Both the position numbers and the translations under genes were made by a program. The notes under the pieces are model-generated. The model searched no databases, was not told the DNA's origin, and was given only the letters and a program-made list of their open reading frames with translations. 48,612 nucleotides of DNA, taken from the NCBI GenBank assembly GCA_028691595.1, contig JAQUZA010000001.1, forward strand, positions 1 to 48,612, in the 5' to 3' direction. Positions 16,815 through 26,381 of this stretch are shown piece after piece. Origin of the DNA: Candidatus Rifleibacteriota bacterium (lineage in GTDB: Bacteria > Muiribacteriota > Ozemobacteria > Ozemobacterales > Ozemobacteraceae). Position 1 is the stretch's first letter; each line of letters opens with the position of its first letter.

Positions 16815-17717
16815 TTGCCTGAAGAATTCAGCAGATCGAACCGTGCGTACCGACAGCCCCTTCAACAGCAGCTCCCGGAAGAAGCACGCAACAAACTTCG
16901 TCAGAAACGATATCGTTCAAGGTTAACGAGTTTTTCGCGTCTGATCAAGCCTTTACGCACCATTGCCTTTGTGCTTCTGATCATCAGTCTTTGTTACCTG
17001 GCAATAACCCAGTTGCGGCATCTGTTTTTCAATACTTCATATTTTGAGATTAAAACCCTCGAGGTTTCAGGCAACGTCACCCTGAGCAGAGAATACCTGC
17101 TTAAAACCGCCGGTCTGGCACCGGGCCTCAAGCTGTTCTCTCTCGACCGTGAGGCAATTCGTAACAGTCTCATCAATGAACCTCTGATAAAAGATGTTTC
17201 AGTTAATCTTGAGGGGCTTTATACCTTAAAGTTGGCTATCGTTGAGAGACTGCCGGCGTTGTATGCCAAAGTAGGTATCGCTTTTTATGAAATCGCCGAT
17301 GACGGGGTGATTATAAGCACTGAAGGCATGGGAGAAAAAAATCTTCCGGTTGTAACCGGGCTGAAACTTCAGACAATGCGGGCGGGAGATTCCCTTGTCA
17401 GCAACGATGATTATTATATTGCCAGAAACTGGGTAAAATCTCTGGGTGACCGTATACTCCCGGATATTTCGGAAATTAATTTTTCGAGTGTGCAAAACCC
17501 TTATCTGGTGCTTGTTACAGGGGAGAAAGTCTTCCCGCGGAGTGTCGAGGATTTTAAAAATCGTTATGATTTTTTGCGTGCACTCCTTGACAACCTGAGA
17601 AAGAATAATGTAGAACCATTCTACCTCGATATGAGGGCACCCAGTCAAATAGTTGTTCGCCCTAAAAAAGGCACGGGTGCTACCCAGGGAAACAGGGGTC
17701 CGGTTGCAGGTGGATGA
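16815..17717 (+). CDS. ftsQ: Cell division protein FtsQ (POTRA domain)
   Basis: TTG start with GAGG upstream. Basic cytoplasmic N-terminus and a single TM (IAFVLLIISLCYLAI), then a POTRA-like segment FEIKTLEVSGNVTLSREYLLKTAGL. Lies immediately upstream of ftsA. Confidence 0.75.
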   Translation: MPEEFSRSNRAYRQPLQQQLPEEARNKLRQKRYRSRLTSFSRLIKPLRTIAFVLLIISLCYLAITQLRHLFFNTSYFEIKTLEVSGNVTLSREYLLKTAGLAPGLKLFSLDREAIRNSLINEPLIKDVSVNLEGLYTLKLAIVERLPALYAKVGIAFYEIADDGVIISTEGMGEKNLPVVTGLKLQTMRAGDSLVSNDDYYIARNWVKSLGDRILPDISEINFSSVQNPYLVLVTGEKVFPRSVEDFKNRYDFLRALLDNLRKNNVEPFYLDMRAPSQIVVRPKKGTGATQGNRGPVAGG

Positions 17718-18939
17718 TTTGATTATCGGCCTTGATATTGGCACTACCAAAGTCTGTGCAGTGATTGGTGAGCTCCAGAACGGGCGCACCATCAATGTGC
17801 TCGGCATTGGAAGCTCATCCTCTGGAGATGGCGTTAAAAAGGGTGCTATCGTTGATATTGAACGCACCACCCAGGCCATTATAGATGCCGTAGAAGAAGC
17901 AGAAAAGTCTGCTGATGTCGTTATTGACAATGTGTATGTTGGTATTGCCGGTGCCCACATCTGTTCTATGAACAGTCAGGGTATCGTTGCTATCAAGGGC
18001 AATAACCAGGAGATAACATCTGAAGATATCGACCGTGCCGTCGAAAATGCCAAGACTGCCATTTCGATCCCCCCGCACCAGGATATCATACACATACTTC
18101 CACGTGAATTCGTTGTCGACGAGCAGAAAGATATCAGTAACCCCCTTGGCATGGTGGGTGGTAGACTTGAAGCTCAGGTGCACATCGTTACCGGTGCCGT
18201 AACCGCGATGCAGAATATTATGAAATGCTGCGAGATGGCCAAATTGAAGGTTGAAGATGTCGTTCTGCAGCAGTATGCCTCAAGCATGGCCGTTCTCTCA
18301 GAAGACGAAAGAAAACTGGGTGTGGTTCTGGTTGATATCGGCGGTGGCACCACCGATCTGATCATCTTTCAGAACGGGCACGTCGTTCACTCATACAGTA
18401 TCGATGTTGGCGGTCGTCTGGTCACCAACGATCTGGCTGTGGGGCTGAAAACTTCGACCCAGGCCGCCGAAGAACTCAAGATCAGTGCCGGGGTGGCCCG
18501 TTCAGATCTGGCAGATGAGCACATGGTGATCGATGTGCCGGTGGCTGGTGGTGAGCGCACCAAACAGTATCGACAGCTATTTCTTGCTGAGATTATCGAG
18601 CCGCGCATGGAAGAAATATTTTACGAAGTCAAGAGTCAGATAGAAAAACACGTTTCTCTTGACGTTATACCCGCCGGCGTTGTATTAACAGGTGGCAGTT
18701 CTCTTATGACCGGGTGCATTGAACTCGCCGAAGAAATTCTTGGTCTTCCGGTGCGTCGCGGTGCTCCTGTTGACGTGGTCGGGCTGCGGGAACAAGTTCG
18801 CAAACCACAGTATTCAACCGCCCTTGGCCTGATTAGATACGGCGCACAAAATTATCGTGCACCCACTAGAGAAACCGGTGCACTAAATGGTATAATAAGC
18901 AGAATTCAATCAATCTTCAGAAAATTCTTTACAGATTGA
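17710..18939 (+). CDS. ftsA: Cell division protein FtsA
   Basis: In-frame GTG at 17710 gives VDDLIIGLDIGTTKVCAVIGE, the actin-fold phosphate-1 motif. Also VLVDIGGGTTDL and VLTGGSS. The track ORF start at 17653 lies inside ftsQ. Confidence 0.9.
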   Translation: MDDLIIGLDIGTTKVCAVIGELQNGRTINVLGIGSSSSGDGVKKGAIVDIERTTQAIIDAVEEAEKSADVVIDNVYVGIAGAHICSMNSQGIVAIKGNNQEITSEDIDRAVENAKTAISIPPHQDIIHILPREFVVDEQKDISNPLGMVGGRLEAQVHIVTGAVTAMQNIMKCCEMAKLKVEDVVLQQYASSMAVLSEDERKLGVVLVDIGGGTTDLIIFQNGHVVHSYSIDVGGRLVTNDLAVGLKTSTQAAEELKISAGVARSDLADEHMVIDVPVAGGERTKQYRQLFLAEIIEPRMEEIFYEVKSQIEKHVSLDVIPAGVVLTGGSSLMTGCIELAEEILGLPVRRGAPVDVVGLREQVRKPQYSTALGLIRYGAQNYRAPTRETGALNGIISRIQSIFRKFFTD

Positions 18940-19005
18940 AGAGCCCTAAGAGATAGACAAAATTAGATTTTGCCGAAGGCAGAGCAGAAATAACAGGAGG
19001 CGAGC

Positions 19006-20133
19006 ATGGTGTTTGATTTTAACCAGGCAGCATTGGACAATGCTGAAATTAAGGTAATTGGCGTGGGTGGCGGTGGTTCTAATGCCGTAAATCGTATGAT
19101 CGAAGCCGGTCTTGCGGGCGTTGAGTTCATTACAGCCAACACAGATGCACAGGCATTGACCCACTCAAATGCCAAAATCAAGATTCAGCTGGGCGACAAG
19201 CTCACCAAAGGTCTTGGTGCCGGTGCCAATTATGAAGTTGGCAAAAAGGCCGCCGAAGACGACAGGGAAGCTATTGCTGAAGTCCTCGAAGGTGCCGACA
19301 TGGTTTTCATCACCGCCGGCATGGGTGGTGGCACCGGAACGGGAGCCGCCCCAGTAGTTGCTGATGTTGCTCGTGAAGTGGGTGCTCTGACCGTCGCCGT
19401 TGTTACCAAGCCATTCACATTTGAAGGGCGCAAGCGCTCAAATGCAGCTGAGCTTGGCATCAAGAATCTCAAAGATCGCGTTGACGCGATTATTGTTATT
19501 CCGAACGACAAACTGCTCCAGATCTCAAAAGAAAACGTTACCATGCTCGAAGCCTTTGGTTATGCCGATGACATCCTGCGTCAGGGTGTTCAGGGTATCT
19601 CTGACCTGATCGTTGTTCCCGGGCTTATTAACACTGACTTTGCCGATGTTAAGACAATTATGAGCCAGGCAGGCTCAGCCCTTATGGGTATTGGTACTGC
19701 CGAAGGCGAAAACCGCGCTGTTACTGCCGCTCAGATGGCAATTTCCAGCCCGCTGCTCGAGTCTTCAATTCAGGGTGCCAAGGGTGTTCTCATGAACATC
19801 ACCGCCGGCCCTGATCTTGGTATTCATGAAGTAAACAATGCCTGCACCATCGTCCAGGAAGTCGTTGACAATGAAGCCAACATCATTTATGGTCATGCCG
19901 TAAATGAAGCCATGGGTGGTGCCATCAGAATTACTGTTATCGCTACCGGTTTTGGCGAAGAAGCCAAGGGCGGCATCGATTCCAAGAAGCGCATTCTTGA
20001 CGATCTGCGCACTGTTCGCCCGGTTGCCGAAACTCACATTCCTCAGCAGCAGGTTGTTAATGCTCCTCCGAGCTACAGCAGTGTTGATGAACGTGAAATT
20101 CCAACCTTCCTGAGAAAACGCAGAAACGTCTGA
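19006..20133 (+). CDS. ftsZ: Cell division GTPase FtsZ
   Basis: [21 protein letters not shown], tubulin signature [17 protein letters not shown], and the C-terminal peptide EIPTFLRKR. Confidence 0.95.
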   Translation: MVFDFNQAALDNAEIKVIGVGGGGSNAVNRMIEAGLAGVEFITANTDAQALTHSNAKIKIQLGDKLTKGLGAGANYEVGKKAAEDDREAIAEVLEGADMVFITAGMGGGTGTGAAPVVADVAREVGALTVAVVTKPFTFEGRKRSNAAELGIKNLKDRVDAIIVIPNDKLLQISKENVTMLEAFGYADDILRQGVQGISDLIVVPGLINTDFADVKTIMSQAGSALMGIGTAEGENRAVTAAQMAISSPLLESSIQGAKGVLMNITAGPDLGIHEVNNACTIVQEVVDNEANIIYGHAVNEAMGGAIRITVIATGFGEEAKGGIDSKKRILDDLRTVRPVAETHIPQQQVVNAPPSYSSVDEREIPTFLRKRRNV

Positions 20134-20157
20134 ACCTGACTTAAACCCTGTTTAACC

Positions 20158-20200
20158 ATGAACCAGGGGCAGGCATGCCTGCCCCTGGTTCATAACTTTT
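20158..20200 (+). terminator. Rho-independent terminator after ftsZ
   Basis: Perfect 16-bp arms: ATGAACCAGGGGCAGG, loop CATG, CCTGCCCCTGGTTCAT (20158-20193), followed by AACTTTT. Confidence 0.75.
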
Positions 20201-20219
20201 AAACGACAAGAGAATTTTT

Positions 20220-21698
20220 TTGGGTCTTAAACATCGCCATAATTACGAATCGGTCGCCAGCACCCTGAAGCAATCAGAGATACGTTATCTCGAAAGCAGT
20301 TTTGCCGGCAGATTGAGCCTAGCTGTTGTCTACCCGAATCTTTACAGTCTCGGGATGAGCAACCTGGGCTTTATGACAGTTCACCGTCTCGCATCATCAG
20401 TTCCCGGCACCGGAGTTGAGAGATTTTTTCCTGCTCTGGAAGCCGAGTCACCACTTTCGCCGCCATTTTATTCTTTTGAAACGGGTCGGCCGCTCGGTGA
20501 TTTTGCTGTGTTGATGTTTTCGTTCAGCTATGAAGGTGATTTTGATAAAATTCCCGGGCTTTTTTCGGCCCTGGGTTTGCCAGTTCTTTCTGGCGAGCGA
20601 AATCGTCACCATCCGTTGCTTATTGCCGGCGGCGCAGCGGTTGCCTCAAATGCTCCTGCTTTATCAAGGATTTTTGATGTGCTCGTTCCCGGAGAAGCGG
20701 AGTCCACAGTGGTTCCAATTCTGCAGCAGTTGCACCGCGACGGTTTTGATGCGGCAGTTCTTTCAGGGTTACCCGGTGTCTGGGTGCCTTCGGTAACATC
20801 TGAGATTCCGGCCCTGTGCGGGACTCACGATGTAAACAGCCAGCCCGCATGGTCACATATTGTATCTGAGCATAACGCTTTCGGCGGGGCTCACATAATT
20901 GAAGTGATGCGTGGTTGCCCGCGCAATTGTTCTTTCTGCCTGGCCCGGGCCATTTATTCACCGGTCAGACATGTCAGAGCCGGGGTTATAAGTAACTGGC
21001 TTGACGAACACCCGGCCTGCAAAGACCTTGGCCTTGTCGCTCCTTCTCTGTTTGATCACCCTCAGGTCGAAGAGATTTTTGCCATGCTTGCCCAACGTGG
21101 GGTAAGAATTCGCAATTCATCTGTTAAATGGGAAAAACTAACTGACCCGATAATCGATGCCCTGAGAAAATCAGGGATAACGGGCTTGACAATCGCTCCT
21201 GAGACTGGGAGTGAACGCCTGCGCAAAGAAATGCACAAACCCCTCGATGAGGGCAGGTTTATCGAAAGTTTGCAACACCTGTTCTCTCAGGGGTTCGAGC
21301 ATGTGAAAATGTATTTTGTGGCCTGTCTGCCCGGCGAAGAAGACTCAGATGCCGAGGCAACCGTCGAATTTATCGAGCGGGTCAGTAAGGTTGTGCCGGG
21401 TGGTGCATCAATTTCAACCGCTTTTTCTATTTTTGTCCCCAAACAGCATACGCCATGGCAGGATCTGCAGGCCCCATGCCAGTATACAATCAAGAAGAGT
21501 CTTAAATTTCTCAGGGAGCGCCTTTCCAGGCTTTCAGGGCAGGTTAAGGCAAGTTTCGAAAGCCCGCAGGAAGCTATCAGGCAGGCTTATCTGTCGAGGG
21601 TGGGCCCTGAATTAGCTGATGAATACGATCGGGAGGCCAAAGAATGTCGCGAAAATCGTCTTTTTGCACGCAATCAGTTTTCTGCACTGGAGTTCTAA
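20220..21698 (+). CDS. B12-binding-domain-like radical SAM protein
   Basis: TTG is the only start that retains the conserved N-terminal block VVYPNLYSLGMSNLGF. The radical SAM cluster motif is MRGCPRNCSFCLA (CxxxCxxC). Confidence 0.75.
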   Translation: MGLKHRHNYESVASTLKQSEIRYLESSFAGRLSLAVVYPNLYSLGMSNLGFMTVHRLASSVPGTGVERFFPALEAESPLSPPFYSFETGRPLGDFAVLMFSFSYEGDFDKIPGLFSALGLPVLSGERNRHHPLLIAGGAAVASNAPALSRIFDVLVPGEAESTVVPILQQLHRDGFDAAVLSGLPGVWVPSVTSEIPALCGTHDVNSQPAWSHIVSEHNAFGGAHIIEVMRGCPRNCSFCLARAIYSPVRHVRAGVISNWLDEHPACKDLGLVAPSLFDHPQVEEIFAMLAQRGVRIRNSSVKWEKLTDPIIDALRKSGITGLTIAPETGSERLRKEMHKPLDEGRFIESLQHLFSQGFEHVKMYFVACLPGEEDSDAEATVEFIERVSKVVPGGASISTAFSIFVPKQHTPWQDLQAPCQYTIKKSLKFLRERLSRLSGQVKASFESPQEAIRQAYLSRVGPELADEYDREAKECRENRLFARNQFSALEF

Positions 21699-22687
21699 TT
21701 TCATTTTTTGCCGCAATTCTGCTTTTGCCAGGTTGTTGCGCTCGTCAGGCACCCGAAAAAGAGCCTGTTCAGGTGCGCATTGGTCTGATGATTACCCCCC
21801 GTGGGCTTAACGACAAGGGTTTCAACGATTTTGCCTTCGATGGGCTCAAAGAGGCAGAAAAGAAATACAATATTGAGTCAATTATTATCGAACCCTCGAC
21901 CATGCAGGACCCGGAGGCTTCGCTGCGCTTTTTTGCCGGGCAGAAATTCGATGGCATTATTGCTGTCGGCGTGGCCTTTCTTGATACCATTCGTAAGATT
22001 GCCAGTGAGAGCCCTGATCTGAATTTTTACGTCATAGACTCTGATCTCAGCGAAAACAATATTCGCGGGGTGTCTTTCAGAGAAGACGAAGGTGCTTACC
22101 TCTGCGGATATCTGGCGGCGAAAATGAGCAAAACCTCTCGTATCGGCTTTATTGGTGGCGTTAAAATTCCGGTTATCGAGCGCTTTGCGGTGGGGTATCG
22201 CCAGGGCGCAACTGATGCAGCCAGTAATACCGAGGTGGTTGAAGAATATGTGGCAGAAGACTTTTCGGGCTTCAATAAGCCCCAGGAGGCGGGTGCCATT
22301 GCCGATAATATGTATAGAAGCGGTTGTGACGTAATATTTCCGGCAGCCGGGGCTTCCGGGCTCGGAGCAATTTCTTCAGCTGTCAAAACCCGCTCTTATG
22401 TAATCGGGGTCGATATGAACCAGGATTCGCTCGCTCCCGGCCTGGTTCTAACCAGTATGCTCAAAAGAGTCGACCTGGTGGTTGAAAACATTGTTGCAGG
22501 CATATGTGAGGGTCGGCAGCCTGATTCGATCAAGCGTTCTTACGGTCTGGCCGATAACGGCATCGGGTTGACCGATTTTCAGTTAAGCTTTAAAGTTGTG
22601 GGTGAAAATCTGGTTAAACAACTTAACGATTTGCGCAAAGGTATTATTGAAGGCCATATAAAAACAGGTGTGAAAGAAACCAATTGA
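21644..22687 (+). CDS. BMP-family (Med/PnrA-like) ABC-transporter substrate-binding lipoprotein
   Basis: GGGAGG SD 7 nt upstream of the ATG. Lipobox LLLPGC. GLNDKGFNDFAFDGLKEAEKKY, GFIGGVKIPVIERFAVGYRQGA and DVIFPAAGASGLGA blocks. Overlaps the radical SAM gene by 55 nt. Confidence 0.8.
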   Translation: MSRKSSFCTQSVFCTGVLISFFAAILLLPGCCARQAPEKEPVQVRIGLMITPRGLNDKGFNDFAFDGLKEAEKKYNIESIIIEPSTMQDPEASLRFFAGQKFDGIIAVGVAFLDTIRKIASESPDLNFYVIDSDLSENNIRGVSFREDEGAYLCGYLAAKMSKTSRIGFIGGVKIPVIERFAVGYRQGATDAASNTEVVEEYVAEDFSGFNKPQEAGAIADNMYRSGCDVIFPAAGASGLGAISSAVKTRSYVIGVDMNQDSLAPGLVLTSMLKRVDLVVENIVAGICEGRQPDSIKRSYGLADNGIGLTDFQLSFKVVGENLVKQLNDLRKGIIEGHIKTGVKETN

Positions 22688-22688
22688 T

Positions 22689-23504
22689 ATGGATAATCGA
22701 CCCATCGGTATTTTTGATTCTGGTGTTGGCGGCCTGACGGTTTTTAAAGAGATTCGCGATCTTCTTCCGTCTGAGAACCTGATTTACTTCGGCGATACGG
22801 CCAGGGTTCCATATGGTGGCAAGTCAGTGCAGGTCATTCAGAAGTTTTCATCCGAAATTGCTCATTTTCTTGAGCTGCAGAACGTAAAAATGATCGTGGT
22901 TGCCTGCAACACAGCTTCAGCACTGGCTTTGAACAAGCTCAAAACCTCGACATCGCTTCCCGTAATCGGAGTTATTGACCCGGGAGTGCGTGCTGCCATA
23001 AAAGTCGCCGGCAATGGCGTAGTGGGGGTAATCGGCACCCGGGGCACTATTCTTTCTGGGGCTTATCAGGAAAGGGTTACCCGTCTGCGCAGCAATATCA
23101 AGGTTGTTGCCCGCGCCTGCCCTCTGCTGGTGCCGATTGTCGAAGAAAACCTCATGAACTCAGACATTGCCCGGCTGACTCTTGAAATGTATCTTGGTGA
23201 CTTTAAGAAGATGGGTATCAGTTCTCTGATTCTTGCATGTACGCATTACCCTCTATTGAAGCCTCTTATCGCTGAATTTTTTTCTGACAGCGTGGCGCTG
23301 GTTGATTCTGCCTGCGAAACCGCGCGCGAGGTCAAAGAAATGCTTGTGGCAAGACGAATCGCCAACAACGATGTCCGCCATGGCAGCGAACAGTTTTTTG
23401 TGACTGACAGCCCCGAGAGCTTTGCGACCATTGCCGGGGATTTCCTTGGCAGGCCCCTGGCTGGTGAATGCATCCTGCATTCATGGCAGACAGAGTTTGA
23501 ATAA
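22689..23504 (+). CDS. murI: Glutamate racemase
   Basis: IGIFDSGVGGLTVFKEI, VVACNTASA and ILACTHYPLL contain the two catalytic Cys motifs. Confidence 0.9.
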   Translation: MDNRPIGIFDSGVGGLTVFKEIRDLLPSENLIYFGDTARVPYGGKSVQVIQKFSSEIAHFLELQNVKMIVVACNTASALALNKLKTSTSLPVIGVIDPGVRAAIKVAGNGVVGVIGTRGTILSGAYQERVTRLRSNIKVVARACPLLVPIVEENLMNSDIARLTLEMYLGDFKKMGISSLILACTHYPLLKPLIAEFFSDSVALVDSACETAREVKEMLVARRIANNDVRHGSEQFFVTDSPESFATIAGDFLGRPLAGECILHSWQTEFE

Positions 23505-23554
23505 ATTGCCGCACTTTAATTGACTTAGTTGCAGAGTTGGTTGAAAATAGCAGA

Positions 23555-25909
23555 ATGGAACAGAAAACTTTTCAGTGCCCGCATTGCCGGGAGATGAATT
23601 TTCCAATGGTTGAATTTTGCCGCCATTGCGGTGAGGCTTTGCACGTTCAGCCAAAGGTTGCAAATCAGACTCTCATCGTAAAATGGATACATCATTTCAT
23701 CGATGCCATGTTCTGGGTCGTTGATGAATCGGTGCGCTGGTGGGAAATCGGCAAGCTTTCGATTCAGCTCAAAACCTTGCGTCGTCGTCGGGCTCTGGTG
23801 TTTGCCGCGGTTGAAGCAGCAGAGCTGGCCGGCATCGATGCCGGCAGCGATGAAAAGCAGACTCTGGTTGGTGTTACCGAAGAACTGGCACGTCTTTCGG
23901 GTCGCGAAGAATTTTTGCGCAGCCGCTGCTGGGCGATGACGCCCGAACTGCTTTTTATTGCCATTTTTTGTCTTTTTCTCTATGGGCTGGTCATGCTGAA
24001 TCCGGGTCGCACCTTTTTGCCAAGAAAGCTTTCTGAACCGGGTATTTTCAGCGGTCAGGTCAGTCGGGTGCGCGATCTGGCTTTTAGCGGCAATTCTGTG
24101 GTTACAAGTGCCCGTTGGTTTAATGATCGGCTTTTTGTTGGCGGCGATGGTGGCCTTTCCATTATTGATCCAGTCTCTGGTGTGGCCACTCTATCGCGCG
24201 ATCTTCCGGATGACTTTTTTGTCAGAGACCTGGAAGTCGACGAAAGTCGTCTTTTCATCGGTGGGTTTCCCGGTATATATGTTCTTGAAAATACTATTTT
24301 AAAACCTTTTTATCATGATAACCAGTTGCCTGCCAATCTTATCAACGCAATCTCGGTTTCTGGAACCAACAATCTGCTCATTGGCACGGTTGGCAGGGGT
24401 ATGCTGCGAGGCAGCCCTGATTCAGCCGTATTTGTTCTTGGCACGCAGAAACGCACTATCAAAGACTTTGGTCGTCAGGGCAATGAGCTCTGGCTGATGC
24501 ACGAAGATGGAATTCTGACCGGTCGAGCCGATAACTTTGAACCTCTTAACCTGCAGGTGCTTGCCGGAAGGCATCTGAGATGTATGGTTACCACAGATCG
24601 AAACGTTTTTATTGGCACTGACCAGGGGGTTATCGCCGGTTATCGCAATGCACGCAACTGGGTCTGGACCATACTTTCAGCAGGAAAACCAGGGTATATA
24701 AACGACCTTGTCGTTTCCGGAGATATTCTTTTCATTGCATCTGATGAGGGTGTGTATCGTTTTGCCAAGGGACGCATGGAAAGGTTGTCCGCCATTCCAT
24801 GTCAGGCTATGTGTATCGGTTTGAATTTTCTTGCTGCAGTGAACGCAGATTCGATAATGCTTTTCTATTTTACCCCTGCGCCGGGTGACGCAAACGCCAG
24901 ACTTTTCGGCCCGATTCCAGAGATTGGCACCTACACGCCGTCTTTTCCGATGGTTCCACAGCTGCCGGCTGCCAGACTGCAGTATGGCCGACTACCAGAT
25001 TTCGGGCTGCTTGAAAGCGATGGAAAACTTCCTTTGACCAGCAGTATTGCGGCGACTGAGTCATTTTCTCCTGTAGACAAGCCTTTTGTCGCTCTACCAA
25101 CCATGCTGCAGAAACCGGTGTTTTCTGATATCGTCCTTTTTAAAGAATCTTATCTGCTTGCTACCGAGAATCGCGGGGTCTGGAACTACGATGGCCAGAA
25201 CTGGTCACAGCTTGCCGACATACCCGAATCGGGTGTTTCATCACTGATCTGCAACGCGCAATCCTGTTTTGCGTGGGGTGCTGCGGCCGGAATATTCAAG
25301 CTTGACGGCAGTCGGGGTATTCAGTTGGCCGGGCCAGAGAAGACAGCCGGTCTGATACACCTGTTTGCTGATTCTGATGATTCAATGTTGCTTCTTTTTT
25401 CTGACGGCTCGATAAAAAATTTTTCCTATGGTGAGCTGCGCGATCTTTTTGGTATTCCTGGCGAATTCAAGGGAGTTTTTCATTCGGTCTGGAAGATCGG
25501 TGACCGCCACCTGGTAGTTGTCGACAAGGGCGTAATGATGCACGAGTCTGAGCGTCAATGGAACCTGATATTCTTCAAGGGCAGTATCGACCTGGCAAAA
25601 GTTGTGGCGGTCGAACCCGGAAATGCCAATAACCTTTATATAGCTCTGAGCGACGGGCGGATATTCGAATTCAAAAATGAAAAACTTGAATTTATAGGCG
25701 TGATTTCTGATCAACCAGTGGCCATGAATTTTTCGGGTTTTCTCTGGGTGGCCACCAGGGAGGCCTTGTTTTTTCTCGAAAACAACAGTTTTGTACCCAC
25801 ACCATTCAAACCTTCTGATAATATTCTTGGGGCGTTTCCTCTCGCCGATGCCAGATCGGTTCTGATTTTCACTGGTTCAGGTGTAAAATCAATGGCTGGA
25901 CGACAATGA
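23555..25909 (+). CDS. Zinc-ribbon / single-TM / beta-propeller-repeat protein
   Basis: ATG at 23555; the track ORF begins at TTG 23537. CPHC-x10-CRHC zinc ribbon and hydrophobic segment LLFIAIFCLFLYGLVML. More than 600 aa then carry recurring blade-like motifs (LFVGGDGGLSII, LFIGGFPGIYVL, LLIGTVGRGML, VFIGTDQGVIAG, LFIASDEGVYRF) as in Reg_prop-type propellers. Confidence 0.65.
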   Translation: MEQKTFQCPHCREMNFPMVEFCRHCGEALHVQPKVANQTLIVKWIHHFIDAMFWVVDESVRWWEIGKLSIQLKTLRRRRALVFAAVEAAELAGIDAGSDEKQTLVGVTEELARLSGREEFLRSRCWAMTPELLFIAIFCLFLYGLVMLNPGRTFLPRKLSEPGIFSGQVSRVRDLAFSGNSVVTSARWFNDRLFVGGDGGLSIIDPVSGVATLSRDLPDDFFVRDLEVDESRLFIGGFPGIYVLENTILKPFYHDNQLPANLINAISVSGTNNLLIGTVGRGMLRGSPDSAVFVLGTQKRTIKDFGRQGNELWLMHEDGILTGRADNFEPLNLQVLAGRHLRCMVTTDRNVFIGTDQGVIAGYRNARNWVWTILSAGKPGYINDLVVSGDILFIASDEGVYRFAKGRMERLSAIPCQAMCIGLNFLAAVNADSIMLFYFTPAPGDANARLFGPIPEIGTYTPSFPMVPQLPAARLQYGRLPDFGLLESDGKLPLTSSIAATESFSPVDKPFVALPTMLQKPVFSDIVLFKESYLLATENRGVWNYDGQNWSQLADIPESGVSSLICNAQSCFAWGAAAGIFKLDGSRGIQLAGPEKTAGLIHLFADSDDSMLLLFSDGSIKNFSYGELRDLFGIPGEFKGVFHSVWKIGDRHLVVVDKGVMMHESERQWNLIFFKGSIDLAKVVAVEPGNANNLYIALSDGRIFEFKNEKLEFIGVISDQPVAMNFSGFLWVATREALFFLENNSFVPTPFKPSDNILGAFPLADARSVLIFTGSGVKSMAGRQ

Positions 25910-25994
25910 ATTCTATCAGTAAAATAGCTCCTATGAATGCAAAAATTTGCCGATAACTACAGAGTCTGACCCCCACCCCCGGAATTGGCTGTAT

Positions 25995-26381
25995 ATGACA
26001 AAGGAATATTTGCCGGTATTTGCAGAAGAGATATTCATCGTCAACCTCTATGGTACTGACGATGAAATTGACGAATTCAATGAATTGATGAAAGCGACCC
26101 AGGTCGAAAAGAATCTGATGTCGATGGCTCTTATCATTGAAGAAATCAAGCGCCGCAATTTTCTTAAAATCAGCTGGCACTGCTGCTGGCGCTGTCAATA
26201 CTACCAGAACTGCAAAATCAACTGGTACCGCGGCGAACGTAACATGTCCATGCGCAACTGCTGCACATACTGTCAGAACTTCTGGGACTGCCACAAAAAG
26301 TTCTGCGCCGACGGCAAGCCCTGTGAAAACAACCCCGAAATCGAAATGGGTCATCCTAAGCCTGATGCAGAAAAAATCTAA
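25995..26381 (+). CDS. Small cysteine-rich protein (10 Cys, duplicated CCxxCQxxxxC motif)
   Basis: The frame shows a strong C-ending codon preference (TGC, AAC, TAC, TTC), whereas the other two long frames over this region give low-complexity T/A- or V/A-rich products. ATG 25995 is chosen over the track's TTG 25947. No clear SD. Confidence 0.5.
   Translation: MTKEYLPVFAEEIFIVNLYGTDDEIDEFNELMKATQVEKNLMSMALIIEEIKRRNFLKISWHCCWRCQYYQNCKINWYRGERNMSMRNCCTYCQNFWDCHKKFCADGKPCENNPEIEMGHPKPDAEKI

Noticed and set aside
17226-17960. 244-aa - strand ORF across ftsQ/ftsA
   Set aside because: It is antisense to two well-supported division genes. Shadow ORF.
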